A stretch of DNA of 10,648 bases from a bacterium (GTDB lineage Bacteria > Muiribacteriota > UBA6191): NCBI GenBank assembly GCA_036339875.1, contig JAYZAC010000198.1, positions 1 through 10,648 on the forward strand, written 5' to 3'. The position numbers and the translations under genes are program-made. The notes beneath the pieces were generated by a model. The model made no database searches, was not told the origin of the DNA, and was given only the letters and a program-made list of their open reading frames with translations. Shown piece by piece: positions 1 to 7,419 of this stretch; position 1 is the first letter of the stretch, and every line of letters starts with the position of its first letter.

Positions 1-58
1 GCATGTATGAGGCATACCTCCAGCGTTCGTCCTGAGCCAGGATCAAACTCTCCATTGG
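1..58 (-). rRNA. rrs: 16S rRNA, 5' end (partial; continues beyond window start)
   Basis: Reverse complement of 51..1 reads AGAGTTTGATCCTGGCTCAG-GACGAACGCTGGAGGTATGCCTCATACATGC. This is the 27F primer site (51..32) plus the conserved 16S 5' region (E. coli positions 8-58). The mature 5' end at ~58 is inferred from E. coli numbering. Confidence 0.97.
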
Positions 59-284
59 ATAAATGAAAAATCTATTAACGATCCTGAAACTAACAAAAAA
101 TTTATACAAATCCTTCGTCGCAAAATTCGCTCGCTAACCTAGGCCTCAGCATGAAACCTAAACCAACAAGCAAAAAGCGTAAACTTTCTAACTCAAATGA
201 ATCCTATTCCGTTTTCAAATTGCTAATTCGCATACTAGCGAAACTCTTCGGCTATGCCCTGTTGCAGGACTTTGAAAAGTAATC
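59..284 (-). other. rRNA operon 5' leader (pre-16S external spacer)
   Basis: Non-coding stretch between the predicted rrn promoter and the 16S 5' end. It contains minus-strand-specific hairpins (126-174, 92-119) and a boxA-like sequence. Confidence 0.8.
211..257 (-). promoter_or_regulatory. Putative rrn antitermination element (boxB-like hairpin followed by boxA-like sequence)
   Basis: Minus strand 223..211 = GCAATTTGAAAAC, resembling rrn boxA of the CTTTGAAAAC type. It is immediately preceded by the stem-loop GCATA-gc-CGAA-gagt-TTCG-ctag-TATGC (257..230). Confidence 0.6.
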
Positions 285-288
285 AATT

Positions 289-317
289 AGATTACGTTCT
301 TCTACCCTATTTGTCAA
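289..317 (-). promoter_or_regulatory. sigma70/sigmaA-type promoter of the rRNA operon
   Basis: Minus strand: perfect -35 TTGACA (317..312), 17-nt spacer AATAGGGTAGAAGAACG, -10 TAATCT (294..289; conserved T, A and final T). Upstream DNA is AT-rich and the site lies ~230 nt before the 16S start. Confidence 0.8.
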
Positions 318-414
318 TGCAAAACAATCGAATTTGAACATAATGATTATTGAAAACTTCAAAATGTCGTCATTTAGGTAAAGTTCTTACACAAAAAGCT
401 TTTTTTTCGGTGAA

Positions 415-425
415 TATGTTAGACT
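415..425 (+). promoter_or_regulatory. Putative extended -10 promoter for the plus-strand operon
   Basis: TATG-T-TAGACT fits TRTGnTAnnnT and lies 40 nt before the ATG at 466. No recognisable -35. SD-like GAGGG at 457-461. Confidence 0.45.
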
Positions 426-465
426 TCGGATTATTTTACTGCAACCTATTTACCCTGAGGGTCCA

Positions 466-1596
466 ATGAAATCTATTCTCCTTTTCGACGGTGTTTTCCA
501 GTATGGAGTTGTTAACCAATTTTTAGATGAAATGACAGCAACATTACCCGAGTTAAACTTAAATCCAATTCGAGTCAATCTAGCCACAGATGATATTAAA
601 AAACTAGAAACAGTAGATTTCAATTCAGTTCTCTGTGCAATTTGCTTTAATGGTGTAGGTTCAGCATTGGAATATAAAGGGCAATCATTTTTCCAAACTA
701 CTAATATCCCTGTATTACAAATCTTAGTGGACCATCCCGCCTTCCATGTGGATCGCTTAACATCTTTAGGTAATCAAGCTGTTAGTTGTGTAGACCAAAC
801 CCATGTTGAATTTCTAAAGGGAGTAGGCTGTCCTCAAGTGTTTCTTTTACTACATGGAGGCCCAAGTGAAGCTACTCCTGTTGAAAAACACCGTTCAATC
901 GATATTCTCTTTCCTGCAAGTTTTTCTAAAGATTTAATTGAAGGAAATCATTGGGAGCAAAAATATGGAGATCTTGTTAAATTACTTCATGATATAAGAG
1001 ATGAAAACTTAGATAATCCATTGGATGGACTTGAAGAGAGAATACTGGCACATTCCCTAGCAGTAAATGTTGTTGGTGAGACGAATGTTTCGAGTACTTA
1101 TATGGAAATCGTAAAGGACTTAAATCTCCATTTCCGTCATAAATCTAGGCTCGAGCTACTAAAATCACTTGATAAACAGGGGCAAGGAGTACACCTGTGT
1201 GGCATAGGTTGGGAAAATTGTGAGTTCGAAAATCATAAAAATCTAGGCCAATGCAACTTCAAAGAAACTCAAGAACATATGAAAAATACAAAAATTTTAC
1301 TCGACAGTAGCCCTTTTCACCCTATTGGTCTTCATGAAAGATTCCTTTATGGAGCTATGTCAGGAGCAAGTGTTGTCACTGATAATAACATTATCAAAGA
1401 ACAAATTTTCACACACAAAACCGATGCATTTTTATACAATCACCAAAGTGTTAATTTACTCGGCGATAATTTACGTACTATACTTGCAAACGATTCTTGG
1501 AAAGATATAGCTCTTAGTGGTCAGAAGAAAATCAAAGAGAAGCATACTTGGAAGCATCGTACTCAAGCTATCGTAGAGACTTTTAATTTAAAGTAA
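466..1596 (+). CDS. GT-B fold glycosyltransferase, CgeB/Glyco_trans_1_2-like (substrate unknown)
   Basis: 376 aa. N-terminal LVDHP motif. C-terminal nucleotide-sugar-binding-type segment KILLDSSPFHPIGLHERFLYGAMSGASVVTD and family-typical end SGQKKIKEKHTWKHR. SD-like GAGGG upstream. Confidence 0.75.
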   Translation: MKSILLFDGVFQYGVVNQFLDEMTATLPELNLNPIRVNLATDDIKKLETVDFNSVLCAICFNGVGSALEYKGQSFFQTTNIPVLQILVDHPAFHVDRLTSLGNQAVSCVDQTHVEFLKGVGCPQVFLLLHGGPSEATPVEKHRSIDILFPASFSKDLIEGNHWEQKYGDLVKLLHDIRDENLDNPLDGLEERILAHSLAVNVVGETNVSSTYMEIVKDLNLHFRHKSRLELLKSLDKQGQGVHLCGIGWENCEFENHKNLGQCNFKETQEHMKNTKILLDSSPFHPIGLHERFLYGAMSGASVVTDNNIIKEQIFTHKTDAFLYNHQSVNLLGDNLRTILANDSWKDIALSGQKKIKEKHTWKHRTQAIVETFNLK

Positions 1597-1611
1597 TTAT
1601 GCAGAGTAATA

Positions 1612-2952
1612 ATGGAAAAAAGCCAAGCCATATTATGCCTCCAAAATTATTTTTTAAATCAGTGTAAACCTAAAGATAGGCACCTGACGGGAGTGGAGTT
1701 CGAACTCTTCGCCTTAAATGAGGAAGGTTGTTCGATACCCTTTAGCGGAAAAACTGGTATTGAAGCTTTTCTTACCGAATTATCTCAAAAATCAGATCTG
1801 TGGACACAAGCTCAAAAGCTGGAAAATCGTTTACTGGCTATCCAATCAGAAATAGGTACAATAACTTTAGAGCCTGCGTCTCAAATTGAATTTTCAAGTC
1901 GACCTCGTCAAAATTTATTTGAACTCCAAGAAGACTGGAACATCTACATTAACTCTATCAAAACGTATATTAAGTCCTACGGATTTGAACTATTTGGAGT
2001 AGGTGTTCATCCGTTTCAAGAACCAAGCGAACTGGAGTTATTACCAAAGTCGCGTTATCACATTATGGATAGCCATTTTCAAAATACTGGGACGCTGGGA
2101 CGGTGGATGATGCGTTGCAGTGCAAGCACTCAAGTGACATGCGACTACGGCTCGTTAGACGAATTATTCAAAAAAATCTATGTTAGCCTCAAAATAGCCC
2201 CTTTTGCACAAGCACTTTTTGCTAACTCTGCATTCTGGAAGGGTAAAAAATCTGAGTACTTGTGTACTAGAGGCTTGCTTTGGTCTGACACCGATAATTA
2301 TCGCTCAGGCATTCCCATCGATCTTTTCAAAAAGGATCTTAATCTCGAGACACTTTGTGATGTACTTCTTAAAACTCCAGCAATCTTTTATCAACGTAAC
2401 GCTGAATACCAATATGCCAACAACAAAAACTTTTTTGAAATTCATCAAGATAATTTCAAATCCGATGAAGACTTATTTCAAGCCGTTGATCTTCATATTA
2501 ATCAAATCTTTACAGAAACTAGGGTTAAAAACTATCTTGAATTTAGAACAACCGATACACAATCGCCTCGATTTCAAATGTCCGTTCCCGCATTCTTCAA
2601 GGGTATTTTCAATGATATGACTGCGCTGAATGAGACTGCTAATCTACTTGACGAATTTAGTACCGAGAGCATATTAAAGCTACATAGAAACGTTTTTCGT
2701 CAAGCACTACAAACACCTCTAAATAACTATAAAGTTCTTGATATCGTCAAATCCTTGCTGAATATCTCATCGAGAGGACTAGACCGACAAGCTAAATCTC
2801 AAAATTTGAAGCGAAGTGAACAGATATTTCTTCATCCCATCATGGAAATTGTTTTCGAAAATTCTTACTGTCCTGCACAATATTTTTTAAGAGCATATGA
2901 GAAAGATTTCAATCAAAGTTTGCATCAAGCACTAAAAATCAGTAAATACTGA
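1612..2952 (+). CDS. gshA: Glutamate--cysteine ligase-like protein (GCS2 family, plant/alphaproteobacterial GshA type)
   Basis: 446 aa. Motifs TGVEFE, ITLEPASQIEFS, PKSRYHIM, GRWMMRCSASTQV, ALFANS, RGLLWSDTDNYRSG and HINQIFTETRVKNYLEFRTTD correspond in order to plant-type GCL motifs (GTEHE, [36 protein letters not shown]). The family is secure; the exact substrate is less so. Confidence 0.8.
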   Translation: MEKSQAILCLQNYFLNQCKPKDRHLTGVEFELFALNEEGCSIPFSGKTGIEAFLTELSQKSDLWTQAQKLENRLLAIQSEIGTITLEPASQIEFSSRPRQNLFELQEDWNIYINSIKTYIKSYGFELFGVGVHPFQEPSELELLPKSRYHIMDSHFQNTGTLGRWMMRCSASTQVTCDYGSLDELFKKIYVSLKIAPFAQALFANSAFWKGKKSEYLCTRGLLWSDTDNYRSGIPIDLFKKDLNLETLCDVLLKTPAIFYQRNAEYQYANNKNFFEIHQDNFKSDEDLFQAVDLHINQIFTETRVKNYLEFRTTDTQSPRFQMSVPAFFKGIFNDMTALNETANLLDEFSTESILKLHRNVFRQALQTPLNNYKVLDIVKSLLNISSRGLDRQAKSQNLKRSEQIFLHPIMEIVFENSYCPAQYFLRAYEKDFNQSLHQALKISKY

Positions 2953-2986
2953 TAATCAAATTTTAATTTACGCTGGGAATGAAGCC

Positions 2987-4321
2987 ATGAAACGCGGCAA
3001 AATAGCAATCGTAGGAAGACCAAATGTGGGTAAATCCTCACTTTTTAATCGATTAATTGGTAATAGACAAGCCATAACTATCGATACACCAGGAACTACT
3101 CGAGATCGGATCTACGGCTCCTTTGAATGGCTGGATCGTTACTATAATCTTGTAGATACTGGTGGCCTAGAGCTAGTTGAGAAAAATAATAAAATTCATA
3201 AATTGATCCGTCTCCAAGTTGAAGTTGCAGTTGAAGAGGCTGATTTATTACTCTTTGTCGTAGATGGTAGAGACGGACTAAATCCATTAGATGAATATGT
3301 GGCAGACTTTTTGAGGCGCTTTCAAAAAGACACCTTACTCATTGCTAACAAGGTAGATGATTACACTAAGCAAGAACAAATTATGGAGTTTTACGGACTC
3401 GGATTTGGACAACCTATTTGGTTTTCTTGTCTGCACGGACTAAATATGGATGATCTATTGACTGGTATTCATGATTTTTTTGAAGCAAGACCCGAAGACG
3501 ATGAAGAAGAACTTGATGACGCAACTAAATTAGCGATAGTCGGTCAACCCAATGTAGGAAAATCATCTCTATTAAACCGCTTTCTTAGCACAGATCGAGT
3601 TATGGTAGATAACAAACCGGGTACGACGCGAGATCCTGTGGAAGCTCCATTCGTAATTGGAGAAAAAAAATTCATGCTCGTCGATACAGCAGGTATACGT
3701 CGAGTCAATAAACTAAAAGATCATATTGATAAAATATCAGTCATATATTCTGAAAAGGTAATTGAAGACTGCGATATGGCTATCTTCGTTCTCGACGCGA
3801 CACGTCCTTTATCTCAACAAGACAAGAGAATTGCTGGCAAAGTTGTAGAGGAGCAAAAACCCTGTATTTTAGTCGTTAATAAATGGGATTTGGTGAATGA
3901 TCGAGAAGAAAAAGTCAAAGAACTTGAAGAGCAATTTGACGAAGAACTTTATTTTTTCAGACATTGTCCGCGAGTATATGTATCAGCTTTAACGGGCTCA
4001 AGACTACCTCGCTTGCAAGATCTGGTTCTACAATTAAGTGATAAGATGACCTTACAAGTAAATACAAATCACTTAAATCATATGATTCAAGAAGCCGTCA
4101 CAATTCATCGACCACCGGGTTATAAGGGGCGACAATTAAAGATTTATTATGTATCACAACTGAGAAATAAATTGGGAACCTTTGTTTTTCAGGTAAATGA
4201 TTCAGAATTAGTCCATTTCTCGTATTATAGATATCTTGAAAATCGTATACGCGAATTTTATAAATTCGACGGAGTTCCATTGAGATTAATTTTTAAAGGC
4301 AAAAAAGGATCACAAGAATAG
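2987..4321 (+). CDS. der: Ribosome biogenesis GTPase Der (EngA)
   Basis: 444 aa. Two tandem G domains (GRPNVGKS/GTTRD/DTGG/NKVD and GQPNVGKS/GTTRD/DTAG/NKWD), an acidic linker, and a C-terminal KH-like domain (HFSYYRYLENRIRE...GVPLRL). Confidence 0.99.
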   Translation: MKRGKIAIVGRPNVGKSSLFNRLIGNRQAITIDTPGTTRDRIYGSFEWLDRYYNLVDTGGLELVEKNNKIHKLIRLQVEVAVEEADLLLFVVDGRDGLNPLDEYVADFLRRFQKDTLLIANKVDDYTKQEQIMEFYGLGFGQPIWFSCLHGLNMDDLLTGIHDFFEARPEDDEEELDDATKLAIVGQPNVGKSSLLNRFLSTDRVMVDNKPGTTRDPVEAPFVIGEKKFMLVDTAGIRRVNKLKDHIDKISVIYSEKVIEDCDMAIFVLDATRPLSQQDKRIAGKVVEEQKPCILVVNKWDLVNDREEKVKELEEQFDEELYFFRHCPRVYVSALTGSRLPRLQDLVLQLSDKMTLQVNTNHLNHMIQEAVTIHRPPGYKGRQLKIYYVSQLRNKLGTFVFQVNDSELVHFSYYRYLENRIREFYKFDGVPLRLIFKGKKGSQE

Positions 4322-4947
4322 TGAGCACACACATGACTGAAATACTCTACTCGCCATACAGTCTATTACTGATTAGCTATGTGATAGGTAGCTTTCCCAC
4401 TGGATATCTCATGGGAAGAATCGTATATGGAATAAATCTATTTGAACATGGTAGTAAAAATGTAGGTGCCACCAATGCGCTCCGAGTCCTTGGTAAAAAA
4501 GCTGGTATATGTGTTCTAATTGTAGACGCTTTGAAGGGAGCTTTACCTGTCGTAATAGTTAATTACGTCTTTACGCTAGATTATCAATGGTCTTTAGCAG
4601 TTGGAATTTTCGCTATTTTTGGTCATACATTTTCGCCTTTCATAAAATTTAAGGGCGGTAAAGGAGTTGCCACCTCTGCAGGTGCTTTCCTTGCGTTAGT
4701 CCCTCTAGCATTTGGCGTATCGTTTACAACTTTTTTATGCATCGTCATTTTAACCAAGTTTGTATCTCTTGGATCAATCTTAGCCGCAATCATATTACCC
4801 ATTGCATGCGCATTCTTGTACCCAGCAAAGCCTGCCTTGTGGCAAGCCTGTACTATTTTAGCCATTTTCATAACTTTCAAACATCGCAGTAACATTCGTA
4901 GATTATTACGTGGTGAAGAAAATCGATTTAATTGGGGTAAAAAGTGA
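4321..4947 (+). CDS. plsY: Glycerol-3-phosphate acyltransferase PlsY
   Basis: 208-aa hydrophobic protein with the three PlsY motifs GSKNVGATN, GHTFSPFIKFKGGKGVA and KHRSNIRRL. The GTG start overlaps the der stop; an alternative ATG lies at 4333. Confidence 0.98.
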   Translation: MSTHMTEILYSPYSLLLISYVIGSFPTGYLMGRIVYGINLFEHGSKNVGATNALRVLGKKAGICVLIVDALKGALPVVIVNYVFTLDYQWSLAVGIFAIFGHTFSPFIKFKGGKGVATSAGAFLALVPLAFGVSFTTFLCIVILTKFVSLGSILAAIILPIACAFLYPAKPALWQACTILAIFITFKHRSNIRRLLRGEENRFNWGKK

Positions 4948-5942
4948 TAAAAAATAGTCTAGTAGTTGGATCTGGAAATTGGGGTACAACCATAGCAAAA
5001 CTACTCGGAGAAACGGGCAAAGAAGTTACTTTATGGGTTCTGGAAGATGATGTCGCAGAAGACATTAAATCGAATCGAGTAAATAGTAAATTTCTTCCAG
5101 GAATACTACTTCCAAAAAAAATATTAGTGAAAACAGACTATCAGAACTTTGATAAATTTGAACTTATCATACTTGTTATTCCGGTAAATGCTACGAGAAC
5201 TTTTCTTACCAAAATTCAAAAGTCTATATCACCTAATCAAAAAGTTCTTTGTCTATCAAAAGGAATTGAACTTGATACAGGTAAAAGGGTATCGCAAATC
5301 ATTCAAGAAGCGTTGCCAGGATTTTCTAACATAGCTGTATTAAGTGGTCCTAACATTGCTAATGAAATTGCGATTGGAAAACCGGCTCTCAGCACGGTAA
5401 GTTCGCACAGTATTGAAGTAGCCAAACAAATTCAAGAATATTGCTCTTCTCCCAATTTTAGGATTTATACAAATCCAGATATGATTGGAGTTGAACTCTG
5501 TGGTGCTCTCAAAAACATAATAGCCATAGGAGCCGGGATATGCCATCAACTTGAACTAGGTGACAACGCTATTGCCGCTTTGATTACTCGTGGAATCGCA
5601 GAAATTGCGAGATTTGGACAGAGATTTGGCGGTAATCCTAGCACCTTTATGGGTATGGCTGGAGTCGGAGACCTTAGTGTTACTTGCATGTCCCCACATT
5701 CAAGAAATAATCGAATGGGACGCTATCTCGCCCAAGGAATTAGCCTTGAGGAAGCGCGAAGCAAAATGAAAATGGTAAGTGAGGGCGTTCCAACCTGTAA
5801 AATCGTCTACAGCTTATCGCAAAAATATAATATTTATATGCCCATCACGGAAGCTATCTATAAGGTTCTTTTCAAGAACTTACCTGCCTGTGATGCGGTT
5901 GAGTTACTAATGCAAAGCGACCTTAAAGATGAGCTTCATTAA
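4944..5942 (+). CDS. gpsA: NAD(P)H-dependent glycerol-3-phosphate dehydrogenase
   Basis: 332 aa. Motifs GSGNWG (Rossmann), SKGIE, LSGPNIANE, GVELCGALKN, GDN, GVGDL..TC.SPHSRN and EGV. GTGA overlap with plsY; der-plsY-gpsA synteny. Confidence 0.98.
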   Translation: MIKNSLVVGSGNWGTTIAKLLGETGKEVTLWVLEDDVAEDIKSNRVNSKFLPGILLPKKILVKTDYQNFDKFELIILVIPVNATRTFLTKIQKSISPNQKVLCLSKGIELDTGKRVSQIIQEALPGFSNIAVLSGPNIANEIAIGKPALSTVSSHSIEVAKQIQEYCSSPNFRIYTNPDMIGVELCGALKNIIAIGAGICHQLELGDNAIAALITRGIAEIARFGQRFGGNPSTFMGMAGVGDLSVTCMSPHSRNNRMGRYLAQGISLEEARSKMKMVSEGVPTCKIVYSLSQKYNIYMPITEAIYKVLFKNLPACDAVELLMQSDLKDELH

Positions 5943-7419
5943 TAGACTAATCACAGTACTTGTCTTTTGCTTGTTAACTTATTCAATGGCAGGCGTCTTA
6001 GACCCATCTGTACATTTTGAAGGCAAGCGATTTGCATCACCAAAATCAGAACGAAATCGTAATTTTTCTAAACCATCTGCATTATTAGGTCTACCGGGAG
6101 ATCGAACACTCGTTAGCGACTCAAAAAAACGAAACCTACAATTATTTGATAAACAATGGTCTCTAGAAATTCAGTTCAAACCTAAAACTCCGTTAGAGAA
6201 AATCAACAGTATGTGTTTCGGTGGTGAGAATGCGATTCTAGCTTTAGATCCTTCCAAACATCGAATTCTAATGTTTAACAGCAATGGCAATCAATTAAGA
6301 GAATATGGTAACAAAGGCACAAATAGAAAGGAATTTCTGTACCCAAGAGCAGTAAGCTGTAATGTAGATCAAGCAACATTCTATGTATCAGATACCGGTA
6401 ATTTGAGAGTTCAAGAATGGACTTTGAGTGGTGAAGTCCGTAAAAGCTTCCTGTACGTAAATCCCAGTATGGCTACTTTAGCAGCACCTGCTGCTATAGC
6501 AATCTCTAATCGAAATTTAGGCGTGATTTATCCAGAATTACCTGCTTTGATTATTTTTCACCGCGATTCAGGTCGTGAAAAAACGTATATAGACCTATCA
6601 AAATACGCAGCCAGTAATGATCACCTTCAATTACGAGCCGCTCCTAAAGACCATTGGTTTTTACTAAATATCAGCCGAAATGAAATATACATTCTGAATC
6701 TATCAGGTAAAAGCCTTCATAAACTTACTGCTAAGAAGAATCTATTATCTCCGATAGCGCATATTGGCTATATGGATCTTGATATTTATGGTGGCCTAAG
6801 GTTACTAGATAAACAAAATCAAAGAATCTGGCATTTTCCTGCAAGAGCAGAGTTTCAAGCCCTACAAGAAGCACAAAGCCATCTAAAGAAAGGTGAGCAT
6901 ACTGAGGCTCTAAATCGCTACAAAACTGTATTAAAACTTGACCCATCAAACTCGGAAGCTCTAACAGAAATAGTAGACCTTTATCTAATATTAAGTGCTA
7001 TAGCTATGCAAGAAAAACGGCACGATCGAGCTCAACAATTGCTTCGGGAATTACTTGAAATAGAACCATCGAACAAAATCGCCGTTACACGGATGAGGTT
7101 ATTACTTATTGATGAACATAGGGATTGGTTTACCTTAATATTTAGCGGTCTATCTCTAATTTTCGGCAGCCTTTTCTTGATTCCACAATTAGTGAAATGG
7201 TTTAACGATAATAACCCAGACTTAGATGATGAAGAAACTATTCTAATGGCAGAGGAAAACTCAATGGGTGCAAACGTGGAATCTACTAAAATCGATACAG
7301 AACAAATTGATCAAAATTTGGAAGAGGAATCAAAAAAAAATCATAGCGATGATCCAAACATCGAATCCAAGTCTGAACAATCCCGCTCAACTTCAAATAC
7401 TGAAGAGATAAATCCTTGA
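5929..7419 (+). CDS. Uncharacterised membrane protein: signal peptide, NHL-like beta-propeller, TPR pair, TM helix, acidic tail
   Basis: 496 aa. N-terminal hydrophobic segment ending SMA. NHL-like repeats (e.g. FLYPRAVSCNVDQATFYVSDTGNLRVQEW) over aa ~45-303. Two TPR-like units ending LDPSN and IEPSN (aa ~309-385). Hydrophobic helix aa ~400-422. D/E-rich tail aa 426-496. Confidence 0.8.
   Translation: MSFINRLITVLVFCLLTYSMAGVLDPSVHFEGKRFASPKSERNRNFSKPSALLGLPGDRTLVSDSKKRNLQLFDKQWSLEIQFKPKTPLEKINSMCFGGENAILALDPSKHRILMFNSNGNQLREYGNKGTNRKEFLYPRAVSCNVDQATFYVSDTGNLRVQEWTLSGEVRKSFLYVNPSMATLAAPAAIAISNRNLGVIYPELPALIIFHRDSGREKTYIDLSKYAASNDHLQLRAAPKDHWFLLNISRNEIYILNLSGKSLHKLTAKKNLLSPIAHIGYMDLDIYGGLRLLDKQNQRIWHFPARAEFQALQEAQSHLKKGEHTEALNRYKTVLKLDPSNSEALTEIVDLYLILSAIAMQEKRHDRAQQLLRELLEIEPSNKIAVTRMRLLLIDEHRDWFTLIFSGLSLIFGSLFLIPQLVKWFNDNNPDLDDEETILMAEENSMGANVESTKIDTEQIDQNLEEESKKNHSDDPNIESKSEQSRSTSNTEEINP

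Noticed and set aside
393..407. Palindrome AAAAAGCTTTTT followed by extra Ts, as a possible operator or terminator
   Set aside because: Low-complexity A/T runs with no GC stem or loop and no second copy; expected by chance in AT-rich intergenic DNA.
452..462. ACCCTGAGGGT inverted repeat covering the SD of the first gene
   Set aside because: Only a 4-bp stem with a 3-nt loop is possible, and the short leader leaves no room for a riboswitch.
1325..1510. 61-aa alternative-frame ORF
   Set aside because: Lies wholly inside the glycosyltransferase gene, with no motif or RBS.
2204..2620. 138-aa alternative-frame ORF
   Set aside because: Nested in the ligase gene across conserved motifs, TTG start, no recognisable protein features.
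2953..2986. 34-nt gap before der as a possible terminator or internal promoter
   Set aside because: No stem-loop with U-tract and no convincing -35/-10 pair; an internal promoter cannot be excluded but is not supported.
3096..5549. Minus-strand ORFs 3096-3287, 4098-4280, 4623-4895 and 5340-5549
   Set aside because: Short antisense shadows of der, plsY and gpsA.
7332..7340. A9 run (also A8 at 3663-3670, T8 at 8050-8057, A8 at 8291-8298) as phase-variation or frameshift sites
   Set aside because: All reading frames are intact and such runs are unremarkable in AT-rich coding DNA.
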